Below are positions 1 to 15,473 of a DNA stretch of 64,000 nt, piece by piece. The position numbers and the translations under genes were made by a program. The notes under the pieces are model-generated. The model saw nothing but the letters and a program-made list of their open reading frames with translations, ran no database searches and was not told where the DNA came from. The stretch lies in NCBI RefSeq assembly GCF_009914755.1, contig NC_060925.1; one strand, 5' to 3'. The stretch comes from the human T2T-CHM13v2.0 reference genome, Homo sapiens. Numbering within the stretch: position 1 is the stretch's first letter; every line of letters begins with the position of its first letter.

Positions 1-529
1 AAAATTGTTTCCTGCCTCCGGCTAGCCTTTCAAATTTTTGTATTAGTGTCATGAATGAGTGCCTGAAAGTTTAGATGGGTTAGTTTAATTGATCTTGTGT
101 AGAGAATAAATTATAAAGCATACGTCTTGTAGATAGTGGATTATTCATCTGTTTGTAGGTATATTGGCAGATGGCCATTATATATTGCCATTAAAGTTTT
201 GCAGTCAAGCCATATTTTAGTTTAGTTGCTGTATTGTTATGAATAGACTTATCAGCTGTCTGGGAAATTGTAACTAAGCATTTACAAGGAAATATAAGAG
301 TGGAATTTTGGCAGGTATGTCACATGGTAAGTGACAGCTTGTAACCAGCTCTTTTTTTGTTAGTGTGTAAATGGAGCTGCTTAGGAACATTGTTTTTACT
401 CTCCCTTAGACCCAGTTTTTAGTCAGTGGAAAGAGGAGGTGATTCTACTAATTGTCTAAGAAAATTTTAGGAATCTCAAGTAGACTATGTGGCAGCTTTG
501 GGTTTTTTTCTTGTCTGTTTCATTTACAA

Positions 530-743
530 CAGGATTTCTCAACCTTGGCACTTATTGACGACTTGGTCCAGATAGTTCTTTGTTGTGGTGGGTTGTCTTG
601 AGCATTGTAAGACGTTCAGCAGCATCCCTGGCCTCTATCCATTAAATGCCAGTATCTTCCCTTGCAATCGTGACAATAAAAAATGTCCACACATTGCCAG
701 ATGTCCCCTGGATTGTAAATTCACCCCCAGTTGAGAACCACTG
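530..743 (+). mobile_element. MER20 (hAT-Charlie DNA transposon relic)
   Basis: Ends cagg(a)tttctcaacc...gttgagaaccactg and internal cagcagcatccctggcctcta motif. Confidence 0.85.
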
Positions 744-3107
744 ATTTAGAAAATATATGTAGTAAAGATATATATGCACTGCATGGGTTCATTTTCTTGT
801 TTTCTCCTCTAAGCCACAGATTGGATTTTCTTTTCAGTTTTCTTTTAGGTAGTAATAGGCTAGTTACCATAGGCAGACATTATCCATAAACATTTGTACA
901 TATTTTAATTTCTTAAATCTGTGTTCTTTTACTGGCAATTATTGAATACTTATTGTATAGAGCACAATTACCGGGGTTATGCCTTTGGCAAATTAAAAGA
1001 AAGACATTTAAGTAGCTATAATAGTAGGTCAAAGGTATTATGTAAGTATAGGCAAGAAGTTTATTCCAACAGAGGTGGAGATGGGGTGGAGAGGGTGTCT
1101 TTGAGGAGGTGAGATTTGGTTTGTACATTGAAAGATGGATGGGATTTTAATAAGTGGATATTGGGCAAATTGCCATTTCAGGCGGGAAGAACAACTCATG
1201 GCTCCTTTATTCCAAATAAGTTTTTTAAAAATTGATTCACTCACTTAATACATTGCATTAATTAGTATGCTGACCACATCTAAGTTTTTCTTAGATAAGG
1301 TAGGTTTATGGACAGAGAAGTGGTGATGTGGAAGTGGTAGTTCAAAGATTTGGTGGCTGCTGTAGGCCTCAAAAAGGGAAAAGGAATTTGGTCAGGCAGG
1401 ATCCTACAGAATCCCTTCCTTTAACTGTACTCTTTAATGTTTACCATCCTTCAGGATCTTTTTTCACTTGTGTCGCTCTCTTCTTTTAAATTATTCCCTT
1501 TACCGATCTTACTTTCTGTGAACCAATCTCAATTTTCCTTTAAAAGGCCTTCCTGATCTGATTTTTCTTTTCAAGTTCTGTCCTTCTTTACCTTTGTTTT
1601 ATGGCCAAGCGTTTCAAGTTTGCCCTAACCTATGTTTTTCCTTTAGTTACCATCTACTTTTCCTTAATCCCTTGCTATCAGTCCATTTTTTTCTGAGTAC
1701 ATTATTGAAATTACCATTTCCAAAGGTGCCAAAGACCTCACGGTGGCCAAATTCATTTACTGATTGTTTTCCTTTCCCTCAAACTCACACTTTTGTTTTC
1801 CTTCCTCTGTGTGTCCCCCTCTCTTGTATCTGTCCTTCTATCCATTCCACCAATAAACATTCAGTTTGGGCCATGCTATATCCCAGGTCCCTGGGGATAA
1901 AAAGAGACTGTGCCCTCAAGTAGTTTCACTGGGCATACAAGTAAGTACTCAATTACCAAATAGTTCATACTGGCAGTGGTATATACACAGAGGCTTTACA
2001 GGGTGTTCTGAGCTCTGTTGCGTTTAGCATCAAGATTTCATGATTCTGATTACATTGCCCATTCTTTTGAAAAATTCTTCCTACTGTTACCTTACCTGCA
2101 TTTCTTCCTGCAAGCATCAAGAAGGAAGCATTGATCTGGGGCTTTAAGCACCATCTGCTACTTTCTGTGTGGGCTAACAACTTAACATTTCTGTGTCTTG
2201 ATTTCTTTATTTGTAAAACGGAACATTGATCTCCTAAAATTGCTGTCAGTGTTAACAAAGGTTTACATGTGTTTAACAAATTCTGGTTCTTTTTCAGGTT
2301 CTTTACCACCTGTCCCCCTGCCAATTAATCTTTGCGTTGCTTCTATATTAATAGTCTTGAAAAAGTATTTGTATATGGCTTTCACTTCCTTAAACTCATT
2401 TATCTGGTATTGTTGGCCTTCCATAAAATGACCTGCACCTACCTCTGCCTCATGATATCTTCTTACTCCCTGATAGAAACCAACTGCCTTAGCCAGAGTA
2501 ATCTCATTGTTTTCTAATCATGGCATATGCATTCCTGCTTAAATCTCTCTTCCCATGTCATTTCCCATGTGGGAAGTGCCACACTGTACTAGCTTAGCTT
2601 AAACTTCACCTTCTTTTGTGAAGACTTCCTTGTGTACTCTGGTGATTTCTGCATTCTTTAAACTTTGTAGCATTTCCTGTATCTTAGTCATTTGGTACTT
2701 GTAATTTCTTAATTTTGTAATGATCTCTTTTTTTATATGTGACTTATCTCTGCAGCTAGACTAAGTATGGTTGAGACCATGTTTCAGCATCTTTTAAATG
2801 TACAGTGTACATAATTGGTGTTAAATAAAATTGTCATGCTTTTGTTTTGTTTTTGCAAAACATTTAGGACTATTTACCGTATGCCAGTGCTAGGCTCTGA
2901 GAATATAAAAATGAACCGATACTTACTCTTTAGGATAGTGGCTCCTGAGGGAGACAGATGTGGCACAAATATTTCAATATAATGTAGTAAATACAGTGTG
3001 AAATGTTTTCAAGGAATTCCATGAGTGTACTAAGGGAAGTGGAACTTTTCCTGCATAGGAGGTTTAGGGAAAGCTTCTGGAGTTGAACACCAGAGTTAAG
3101 TTTTACT

Positions 3108-3257
3108 TATTTTTTTATTTTTCTCAGAGACAGGATTTCGCTCTGTTGCCCAGGCTGGTTTTGAACTCCTGGCCTTAAGTGATCCTCTTGCCTCAAGTGA
3201 TCCTCTTGCCTCAGCCTCCCAAGTTGCTTAGATTTATAGCCATGAGCCACCATTCCC
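3108..3257 (-). mobile_element. Alu monomer (FLAM/AluJ-like) with an 18-bp internal duplication
   Basis: Antisense Alu left-arm sequence; aagtgatcctcttgcctc present twice. Confidence 0.85.
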
Positions 3258-3792
3258 TGTGGGCTGAATTTTAAAAGGATGAGCAGGATTAGCCAGGTAA
3301 AAAAGAAGAGTATAGCAGGCAAAGAACAAAATGAGTAAATGCCTCAGTGCAGTGTGTTTGAAGAACTCTAAAAGAATCCTGATACTAGGAATGACTGAGT
3401 TTGGTTGATGTAAACATTATGATCAGATTGAGACTACCAGTCACATTAGGCCATATAAATTAGAGATTTTGATTAGTCCATATCTCATTCTGCATTTTTT
3501 TGTGTGGGGGTGGGGGGTCTAAGGTTTTTTTCAGTGAACCTGGTCATTAATCTTAAGGGAGCAGTTTATATTTGAGTAGCTGGTGTGTGTTATGCACATT
3601 CCTACTGGAATAGGGAGACACAAGAGAGAAAGATTTATATAATGCCTACAGTACTTCCTCTTGAGATATGTAAAGATTTAGATTTCCTCCCCCTACTTTT
3701 GTAAGTAGCCTCATCTTAGGTAAAAAAAAAAAATAGCTATTTGGAACATTATTAAATGATTACGTGGGAAATGATGACAGTGTTAGTGAGTA

Positions 3793-4110
3793 CAGTAGTC
3801 CTCCCTTAATTATGGTTTTAGTTACCTTGTGGTCAATGGTAACTAAAAGTAGGTGGTCAGAAAATAGGTGAGTACAGTACAATATATTTTGAGAGAGTGA
3901 GAGACCATGTTCACATAACTTATTATAGCTTATGTCATAATTATTCCATTTTATTATTAGCTATTGTTAGTCTCTCACTGTGCCTAATTTATAAGTTAAA
4001 CTATCATAGGTAAATCTGTATAGGAAAAAAGTGGTATATATAGTGTTTGTTACCACCTGAAGTTTCAGGCATCCACAGAGTCATCTCCCATGGATAATGG
4101 AGGACTAATG
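3793..4110 (+). mobile_element. MER44A-like (TcMar-Tigger)
   Basis: Terminal inverted repeats cagtagtcctccctta...ggaggactaatg flanked by TA; internal aaaataggtgagtacagtacaat motif. Confidence 0.8.
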
Positions 4111-5409
4111 TACATGTAATTCTGAAAACAGCTTTGGGCTAATAGGACTTCATTTATAGAATCCTCACCTTGAGATAAGGAGGTAGAATGGAGGTAGAGT
4201 TGTGGGAAGGAGAAGTTCTACAGCATTAGGGGGAAATATCAGAAATCTTTAGTTACTAAGGTTAAGTGAAGTGTCTTTGGATTTAACTTTTTCAAGTCAT
4301 AAAGAAGAAAAACTTTGCAGACCCTTTGATGATTAGTGTTTTGTTCTCACAGTTCTTGATGGCATTTTCCTACTGTTGTGTCTTGTCTTAAATGACAAGC
4401 ATGATTCTGAAAGTCTGTTATAACTGCTATATTGCATTAATATTCTCATCTGTTTCCCAAAACTCTTTGGGTTCTTTTCTCAGATCGCAGAAGTTGAGTT
4501 CTTTTTCTTTCCTTCTCCTTCCCAAAGACATATAATAGTATTTCAGTGCTGTGTTAGTTGGGATACAGTATAATGGATGTGTCTGTTTTACTAATACTGC
4601 CTCTTAGAAAGGTTACGAATTATTTACTTTTGTATCAGGTGATCACCTAACCAGATTATCTTTGAGATACTGTACAGTAATGAGATAATTAGTAGTGAGG
4701 TAATCAAAGGAAAATGCAACTGGAAGATGGTATTCAAAGAGAAAAATGAGTTAAAGACTGCTTACTTGAAATTTTTTTTATTACTGGTGAAAAAAGTAAA
4801 AAAGCATAGTGTTGAGAGAACCACCATAGGATAAATTTGGACATTAAAGAGTGTCTTAGGACATCTGCAGAATTTTGTGTGTGTGCATACATACAACTTG
4901 TGTAATATATTATGAGGTGAAATTTTTGTACTTTTAACATCTAATTCTATGAAATCATATTCCTCAATTTCTGTTTAAGTAACCAAAATGACAGTATTAT
5001 ACCTTGTCTGAAATAATCATTAGTTTTGTTTTTTGATGAAAAAAGGTTAGACCATTTTAAGAACCACAACTCAAATAATAAGGCATACTGGCCATAAATT
5101 CTGGTTTATGAAAGGAAAATAATGTAACAGATTAATTGCTTTCTGGTTTTCTAATGTAATATATTAATTTGGTTGTTTAAACGCATACACAGGTCTTTTT
5201 GGCTCCCTAAGACAGCGGCACGGCATAGCAAGTTGAATGAGCCAAGGAGTTTGAATTAAGACTGGCTTAATTTGTATTTTGGTTGTCCTGAGTTCAGATC
5301 CCTATTATATACTAGCAATGTAACCTTGAACCTCTCTAGTTTTTTACCTTGGCTACCTGTAAAATGACCATGGTAGAATTACTAGGAGAATTACATGAGA
5401 AGATAGACA

Positions 5410-5713
5410 CAGTATAATCCCTCCATAGCCGTGGGAGATTGGTTCCAGGACCCCCACAATACCAAAATCTGTAGGTGCTCCTTTATATAAAATGGCATAG
5501 TACTTGCACATAACCTGCATACATTGTCTACTCTAAATCATCTCTAGATCACTTACAATATGTAATACAATGTAAAAGTTGTTACACTATATTGCTTTTT
5601 AATTTGTATTTTAAAAAATTGTTATTTTTTTCTGAAAAAAAATTTTTTTTTTTTTTTTTGGTCTACAATTGGTTGAATCCATGGATGAGGAACTCACCGA
5701 TAGAGGGCCAGCT
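5410..5713 (+). mobile_element. MER2-like (TcMar-Tigger)
   Basis: gggagattggttccaggacccc...ggttgaatccatggatg...gagggccagct. Confidence 0.8.
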
Positions 5714-7683
5714 CATACCACAATAACCCTCATGCTTTCTGCTTTTTTGTTACCTGTGCTGTTTCTTTATACCTGAAATAACAATTAGTCTTTCCACTAT
5801 TTTTGGCAGCTGATTTGAAGCTACAAGTGATGGCAGTTCTCAAGAATGTGTCACCAGGAACAATTCTCTCTCCCTTTAAATGCTAACAGGGAATTGTTAG
5901 CATTTCCTTTGTATGAGGGTTACTTGCTTTTGTGTTGGATTTGGGAGAGGTGTGCAGTATATCCTGATGTGGCCATATAGGTATATCCTTTAATATTAAT
6001 CTTTGTGAAACTTAGGAGACTCCTGAGTTAATATCCTTTATCTAAAAATTTTTTGGTATGTGATTTTATTATTTTATAAATAATGTTTTTAGTAATCATT
6101 TTGACCTGTTGTTTGAAAGGCTTATTATACTCTTAGACCATCTGCCATATAGCTTCTGGGTTAGCTTCCATTCGCATGTAATCTGGCATACACTGACATA
6201 CCTTTTCTTTTTTCAGTTCTGACATTGAGGCTTGTATAGACTAGCAATAAGGAATAACTTCACAGAGAGGCTGTTTGTTTGTTCTTTTGACATGATTGTT
6301 AGTAGTAATAGCCAGCACTTTTATGTTGTGCCAGACAGTATTCCAAATATTGTGTGTTTATTAACTCTTTGAATAGTAGATGTATACTATTATTGCTCTG
6401 TTACACAGCTAGGCAAACAGGCATAGGAGACATACATGCAGAAAGTGGCAGAGCTGGGTTTTGAACCTAGATATCAGGCTGATTCTATCTGTATCTGTAT
6501 AGTTTTATAATCTTATTTGCTTAGGATTGTATGATTTTATTTTTATTTTATTTTTGTTTATATAAAACATAATGTAATATGTAGAATTATAAACATATAT
6601 AATCTGAACACTCTTCTCATCAGTGTCAACCTTCCTAATGCACTTTTTCTTTGTAGATAATAAGCGGGAAGTGGGCCGGGTAGTTTTGCCAAAAAACTTA
6701 CTTAGGGGAGATAAGTTTTTCTTGTATATTTGAAATTAATTCATTTAGATTGCTTTATCTTACTGACTAGTTGACCTGCTATTCCTCCCTTATTATAGCT
6801 GTTCTTTCTGCAGGTTTTGTCTTTAGTTAGTATCACTACTTAGATACAGTTTATTTCCTAGAACACTGGGGAATATTGAGAACCAGCTATTATGGGGGAA
6901 AATAACTTTGACCTATCAGGGCTAATAGTACAAGTAGTGAATGACTTGCCAGTTTTTGTGGATAACTTCACTGCAGAAGATTTGGATTCCATTTTCCTCA
7001 CTGACTTGGTTATTACATAGAGATGTTTAGGTGCCAGCTTCTGACACTGAGGATTATAATTTTGCATGTATGAAATTTAAATCTTGGATAATAACTTGCT
7101 TCTAAAGGAAAATTCAATGTAACTTTTAAAAAGTAACAGATTACTAAAGCTATACTTTATATGTGACCTGATATCTTTGAATTTAATGTTTACCCTTGGA
7201 AATTTATTGTTACCTGAAATTGAGACAGCAAGACTGTGGTTAACTAGGAAAAGGGACAGCTTTCCTTTACTCACTTCCCAGTCTTAATTTCTTTCTTTCA
7301 TATGACTTTACATTGCTCTTGAAAATTTCCTTCTTCCAGAAAGTCTTTCTTTGGATCATCTTAGAATTTTCTCAGGTAAATGAGTAGATGTTTCTCTTTT
7401 GTGTGTGCACCATGTTGTTCTCATGTTGTCATTTAAGAGGAGGGCTTTCTCTTAATTATTTTGGGACAACCTTAGAACCATACTGACACCCAGTAAATGT
7501 TGGCTAATAATATATGAGATTGCACTTACTGCAAACATTTTGAATTACGTGAATTTCTCAGAGTAATTGACATATTCAGTCTTCAAGGAATGGTAGAGTC
7601 TGAATAATTAGTACTATTCTTCATTGTTACATAAAACCAAGCACACTTGACTTAAGCAATGAAAAGAAGCAAAAACTGTATAA

Positions 7684-7990
<307 letters not shown>

Positions 7991-8200
7991 TTTTCTTTTT
8001 TTCTGAGACAGGGTCTCACTGTGTCACCCAGGCTGGACTCCAGTCACGTATTCACAGCAACCTCTACCTCCCAGGCTCAAATGATCCTCCCACCTCAGCC
8101 TCCTGAGTAGCTAGGACTACAGGCGCACGCCACCACACCCAGCTAATTTTGGAATTTTTTTCTTCGTAGAGATGGGTCTCTCCAGGTTGCTCAGGCTGGT
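7991..8200 (-). mobile_element. AluJ-like, truncated
   Basis: Diverged antisense right arm directly abutting the previous Alu. Confidence 0.85.
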
Positions 8201-8344
8201 CACTGTCTTTTTAAAGAAATGCTGATAACACTGTAGATGTAAGAATTGAAGAATACAGGAGTTTATTAGGTTTTTAGTTGTAAGGAACAGAAAAAACACT
8301 GGCTCACTTAAGCGGTGAAAGGGCTGGAGATGTAGGACCAGTAG

Positions 8345-8807
8345 CGGTATTCGTTTCCTTTTCCTGCTCTAACAAATTACTACCACCATGGTGGGGTTAA
8401 AACACACAACAGTTCTGGAGGTCAGAGGTCCAAAATGGGTCCTACCAGGCTAAAGTCAAGGTGCCATTCCTTCTAGAGTGTCTAGGAGGAAAATCCTTTT
8501 TCTTGCCTTTTCCAGCTTTTCAGACTGCCCACATTCCTTAGCTCATGGCCCCCTTCCATCTTCAAAGCCAGTAGTCACATTACTCTATATTCTACTTCCC
8601 CCACCACTCTTTCTCTGACTCTCCTGCCTCTCTTTCACTTAGAAAGATCCTTGTAATCACATTGGACACACCCAGATAATTCAATACACTCTCCCTTTCT
8701 CAAAATCCTTAACTAATCACACCTGAAAAATCCCTGTTGTAGATAAAATTCAAGGTTCTGGGATTAGGATGTGGACATCTCTAAGGAGCCATTATTCTGC
8801 TTTCCAC
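8345..8807 (-). mobile_element. MLT1-family solo LTR (ERVL-MaLR), apparently nested in an older MLT1 relic (~8255-9130)
   Basis: acaaattac...cagttctggaggtcagaggtccaaaatgggt...ggattaggatgtggacatct...gccattattctg motifs. Confidence 0.75.
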
Positions 8808-9469
8808 AATAGCTATACAGCCTGGAACAGTGCCTCAAATCACATCATAGAACTCAGCCTGTGAAGACACTTTGCAGAACCTTGATTGTGTCAGTTACTT
8901 TGCATCCCTGATCCTAACACCACTCATGCTGGCCCTATTGGAAATTGGATGTGCTTGCTGCTGCTATCCAGAATGGATTAGCCACAGTCCCCACTTTCTC
9001 TCATTAGTTCACACTTAAATGTGGGGTTGATGTGTTTGTTGATGGAGCCTGAATTATGTGTCTGTACACTAGCTGCAAATGAAGCTGGTAAATATATAAT
9101 GGGAAGCAGGTTCTGCTTTATAAATTGTGGGGATTTCTCAAAAATAGGAAGAGAAATTCAGATGCTGGGCTTGAATACCAACCAGAGAGAACATATAAGT
9201 ACAGTTGAGAGTCATTGGTATAAGGATTCCATTCGTTTGACAAACTGTACCAGAGATACACAGATGGATGAGATACATTTCTGTTTCTGTTGGTGCTAGC
9301 CAGAGCAAGAGTGGAAAGCCGTGTTCATATGTCAGTAGCCTAACATAAATCAGTACTATTTCTCTGAGACTCTGATAGGAAGCCAGCTCTGTTATGTGAA
9401 GGCTTTTCACTTAGTGTGTTTTTCATCTGTTCACCAAAAATTGCTATTGGCTGTACTTTTGCCTTTCAA

Positions 9470-9834
9470 ATGGTGACATGAGAATAGTTGATAGAGGAAG
9501 GTGGGTAGGTTTTGAGGTTTTTCTCTTTCACTCCAGAAGGTTATCAGTTAAAGTGGTATTGATGTATAACTGTGCTGTCCAATATGGTACCCACTGGCCA
9601 CATATGGCTATTTAAATGCATTTAAATAAAATGAAATTTAAGATCCAGTTTCTCAGATGGTGACATGAGAATAGTTGATAGAGGAAGGTGGGAAGGTTTT
9701 GTGGCTTTTCTCTTTTCACTCCAGTAGGTTATCAGTAACAGTGGTATTGATATATAACTGTGCTGTCCAGTGTGGTAGCCACTGGCCACATGTGGCCATT
9801 TAAATAGAATGAAATTTAAGATCTAGTTTCTCAG
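9470..9834. repeat. Tandem duplication of a ~187-bp unit, 2 diverged copies
   Basis: atggtgacatgagaatagttgatagaggaaggtggg...agtttctcag at 9470-9656 and 9657-9834. Confidence 0.93.
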
Positions 9835-9894
9835 TTACACTAAGCATGTGTCAAGTGCTCATGTGGCTAGTGACTGCCATATTGGATAGCTCAG
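9758..9894. mobile_element. MER3/MER33-like hAT MITE
   Basis: Inverted ends ctgtgctgtccagtgtggtagccactggccacatg ... catgtggctagtgactgccatattggatagctcag. Confidence 0.75.
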
Positions 9895-9964
9895 TTTTAT
9901 ACCCATGGTGTAGCATCTTTACTGTACAAGAGTCAATCCAGGAAAAGTAAAATGTTTATAAGGC

Positions 9965-10386
<422 letters not shown>

Positions 10387-11184
10387 TAACCCTCACTTTT
10401 CATACAGAAAATTGAAGCTTAAAAAAAAAAGTTCAATCAACAGAGTTAGACAGGGCTTGAATTTTATTTAATTCTACTCAATCCAATATAAAATACCTAA
10501 GGTGCTAAGTACTGTGTTAAATAGTAAGATACTAAAAAGCTAGCTGCTCTGCCCAGGTCTGGTCCTCATTCTCGGGTTCTTGTCAGATCTTTCTGCTTGG
10601 GCTGGGCAAGGGAGGACAAGTGGAATAACTTTGTGAAGGGCAAGTGTGGTTTCTTTGAAATTGGTTACAGAGTGCTCTGGCTGTTGTACATCTAACTCCT
10701 AGGTCCTACAGCTTGGGCTGGGACCTCACCTCCCTAAGGATGGTTAGATGTGAAGAATGAGTGGGAGAGAGATTGATTCATCGATGATATTGATGTTGAC
10801 CATAGAGAAATAGTAGCGCTTTTAATGGAAATGAGGAATAAAAGGGAATATTTAATGAATATCTATGGTGAGATGCCAGATAGACAATTGGAATAGGACC
10901 ATGGCTGGGTTAGAATTATTGCCTTTGTATTGTCTTCAATAATGGTGAGACTTGAATCTACAAGCTGGGAAGTATGAATTAAAGAAGTATAAGGGCATTA
11001 GGGCCAGCTTCTTAGGGAACAAGTACCAGATAGTAATAAAGATCAACTTCTATTCTCAATGGTTTTGTTACTCTACCTATTTAGGTGGAAGGAGAAAGAA
11101 GAAACAAGAAGTGACCTATCGAAAACGTGAGAGGGACTAGGAAAGACTGAGCAGAAAAGTTTTAATGAAGGGGTTGCTCTAATG

Positions 11185-11320
11185 CAATAGTTTGCAAAAT
11201 GTGGTCCCCAGATGAGCATCATCAGCATCACCTGGGAACTTACTAGAAACACAAATTTTTGAGCCCCATCTCAGACCAGCTGAATCAGAACCTCTTGGGA
11301 TATGGCCCAGCAATCTGGGT
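11185..11320 (+). mobile_element. MER5A fragment
   Basis: gtggtcccc...cagcatcacctgggaactt..agaaa...gaatcagaa...ggcccagcaatctg. Confidence 0.8.
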
Positions 11321-12064
11321 GATCCAGGGCTAGTTTTTGAAAAAACACTGGTAAAGTATGGTATTGAGTACTGAGAGTTTGGGAAATACAAGGACTGAGA
11401 AAAAGCTCTTAGATTGGTCAGGGAAGGTCATTGGTAACACTTGAGCAAATTTGCTACAATGATAAAAGACCCTAACTGCAAGTTTAGAGATGACTTAGGT
11501 AATCAGAAAGTAAAGCCAGTAGCTATATATATTGTCTTTTCATAAAGTTCAAAGACAGGGAGAAAGATGGATGCTTGATGGCAAAAGCAGGATGGACGGA
11601 AACTTAGGTTGGAAGGACTGGAGTACATTTTATGTTTTGGGCTTCAACAGACAATATAAAAGGGCATTTATTTTGTAGAAATTGTTTTATTCTTACCTGT
11701 GGACATTTTCTATGCAGAAAGCATTTTAAGTATAAAATATTTTAAAATTGGCTTATAGGAGACTGATATTTTAATAACTATTATAAATGTATATCTGCAT
11801 TGAATAAAATAAAAACGTTAAGATTAAAAAATTTGGTAACATTACATTGCCACCGCTACTGTTAATACTTTCTAGTCTTTTTATCAATATAGAATATGCA
11901 TTTTATGCATATACAGATAATGCATTTTAAACATATACTGTTTTAATCAAATTCTCTATGTAATAAAATATATTTATTTTAAATGTATAGTTAAGAATTT
12001 TGACAAACATATGCCCCTATAACCATCACCCTGATCAAGAACATTTCAAATCCCCCCAAAGTGC

Positions 12065-12361
<297 letters not shown>

Positions 12362-12995
12362 TAGACCCCTTGCAGTCAATCTTAACTCTGCTTAACCCTC
12401 TGTGCCTCAGGCAATCATTACTCTGATTTTTTTCAATGTTAAGTTTGTTCGCATGTCCGGTAACTTCTGAAGTGGGATGATGTAATGCATTATTTTGTGC
12501 CTGTATTCTGTTGGCATAAAACATGCCAAGCAATTAATGCACATTGTTGTACACATTCATAGTTCCTTCCTTTGTTTACTGCTGAATAATATTCTTTTGT
12601 GTGAATATATAATTTGTTTATCCATTCAGCTTTTGATGAACCTTTAGGTTGTTTCTAATTTTTTGCTATTATGAATAAAGCTAGAACATTCTGTCTAAGT
12701 CTTTTTGTGTACATGTGTTTTCATTTCTCTTGGTTTGCATGTATGTATTTTGGGATATAAATGTGTGCATGTGCATGTATAGAATGTTACATACATGCAC
12801 ATATATATACACTCGGGTACATACATATGTGGCTATATACATATATATATATCTCCTAGTCTGTGGCTTGTCTTTTCGGTTTTTAATGTATCTTTTGAAG
12901 AGCATAAGTTTTAAATAAATACTGATGAATCTAGTTTATTAGGTTTTTTCTTTTATTGAATCTTAGCTAAGAATTCTTTATCTATCATGGATTGG

Positions 12996-13402
12996 TGTCT
13001 TGATCTATTTGTGCTGCTATAATAAAATACCTAAGACTAGGTAATTTATAAGCAACAGAAATTTATTTCTCACAGATCCAGAGGCTGGGAAGTCCAGTAT
13101 TAAGGTGCCGGCAGGTTCGGTGCTGGCAAGAGCCCAGTCTCTGCTTCCAAGATGGCACCTTGTTGCTGCCTTCTCTACAGGGGACAAATGCTGTGTCCAC
13201 ATATGGCAGAAGGGATGGAAGGGCAAAAAAGGCCGTACCTAATTCTCTCCAGCCCTTTCGTATGGCACTGATCTCATCCATGAAGGCAGAGTCCTCATAG
13301 TCTGATCACCTCCTAAAGGCATCACCTCTTAATACTGTTGTGTTGGGGATTAAGATTTAACATGAATTTTGGAGGAGGAGGCACAAGCCGTCATACCATA
13401 CC
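12996..13402 (-). mobile_element. MST-family solo LTR (ERVL-MaLR)
   Basis: tgctgctataataaaatacctaagactaggtaatttataa...aaggtgccggcagg...catgaattttggagg. Confidence 0.85.
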
Positions 13403-14239
13403 AGGCAGTAAAAATTTACTCCTTAGTTTTCTTCTAGAAATAGATTAAGTCTGTGATCCATTTTGGGTTAATTTTTCTGTGATGTATACTATTGTTTGAG
13501 GTTAATTTTTTTCTAGTTTTAAAATTTTCATCCAGTTGTTCCAGCATCACTTGTTGAGAAAATTGTTTTTCCCATTAAATTACTTTGATACCTTTGTCAA
13601 AAATATATTGGCTATACATGTAAAAACACACATACACGTATACATAAATGTAGAAATAGGTGAGCCTGTTTCTGACCTCTGTTCTGTCCTATTTCTCTGC
13701 ATGTCTTTCCTTTGACTACTATACTGTCTTGATGACCACAACTCTCTAGTAAGTTTTGAAATCAGGTAATCTAAGTTCTCTATTTTTTGGGAATTGTTTT
13801 AGCTATTCTAGGTTTTTGCATTTCCAGATAAATTTTAAAATAGCCTGCCAGTTTCTAACGAAAACAATCTGCTTGGGTTCTGATTGCAATTGTGTTATAA
13901 CTATAGTTCAGTTTGGGGAGAATTATATAAATCCTTCTGAAGAATCAGCTTTTGTCTTTCACTTATTTTCTGTGTCTTTGTTTTCTGCTCTTCACTATTT
14001 CCTTCCTTCTACTTTATTTGGATTTAATATGCTGTTCTTTTTTTTATAGCTTCTTAGATGCTTAGGTAGATGCTTAGATCAAGGCTTTTAGACCTATTTT
14101 AACATAAGCATATAAAGCTATAAATACCTCTCTAAGCACTGCTTTTATTGCATCCGACACGTTATATATGTTTCCGTTTTCATTTGGCTTAAAATATTTT
14201 CCAGTTTCTCCTGTGATTTATTCTTTGACCTGTGATTAT

Positions 14240-14555
14240 TTATTATTTATTTTATTTTATTTGTTTTTAGAGACACGATCTCGCTCTGTTGCCTAGGTAT
14301 TGTGCAGTGGTACAATCATAATTCACTGCGACTTCAAACTCTTAGGCTCAAGTGATCCTCCCACCTCAGCCTCCTGAGTAGCTGGAACTACAGGAATGCA
14401 CTGCCACTGTTCCTGGCTAATTTTTACAAACTTTTTTATAAAGATAGGGTCTTATTGTATTGCCCAGGTTGGTCTCAAACTCTTGGCCTCAAGCGATCCC
14501 CTGGCCTCAGCCTCCCAAAGTGTTGAGATTACAGGTGTGAGCCACTACACCCGGC
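14240..14555 (-). mobile_element. AluJ
   Basis: Diverged antisense Alu; flanking acct(g/a)tgattattta duplication. Confidence 0.9.
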
Positions 14556-14857
14556 AACCTATGATTATTTAGAAATGTTTGATTCATTTCCAAATATTTG
14601 AGGAATTAGAGAACTTTATTCTTTAACTTAGACAACTAATTCTAGTTGTTTATATATATATTTTTAAATTTGTACTTCTATGACTTTAATTCTTTTAAAT
14701 TTCTGAGATTTGTTTTGTGGTTCAGCATATGTTCTATCTTGGTGAATGTGCCATGTGCACTTACAAAGAAGGTGTATTCTTTTGTTGGGTAAAATGTTCT
14801 CTAAATGCCAGTGGGATCTGTTGGGTTATAACCTTAGTGTTGGTCTAACCTCACTGG

Positions 14858-15161
14858 TTTGTTTTGTTTTTGTTTTTTATTGAGACGGAGTCTTGCTCTG
14901 TCACCCAGGCTGGAGTGCAGTGGCGCAATCTCGGCTGATTGCAACCTCTGCCGCCCATGTTCAAGTGATTCTTGTGCCTTAACCTCCCAAGTACCTGGGA
15001 CTATAGGCACACGCCACCACACCTGGCTAATTTTTGTATTTTGAGTAGAGACGGGGTTTCGCTGTTGGCCAGGCTGTTCTCGAATGCCTGACCTCAGGTG
15101 ATCTGCCCGCCCTGGCCTCCCAGAGTGCTAGGATTACAGGCGTGAGTCATAGCACCCGGCC
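14858..15161 (-). mobile_element. AluSx-like
   Basis: Antisense full Alu. Confidence 0.92.
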
Positions 15162-15269
15162 ACTTTACTGGTTTTCTGCCTACTTTTTGTTAGTTATTGA
15201 GAGAGTTTTGGAATCTCCAAATAATTATAGATTTATCTATTTCTCTATTCCCTGTTTCTGTTTTTGTAT

Positions 15270-15473
<204 letters not shown>

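Noticed and set aside
9470-9834. Repeated units considered as a CRISPR-like array or other prokaryotic system
   Set aside because: Only two contiguous copies with no spacers, in mammalian intron DNA with no prokaryotic genes.
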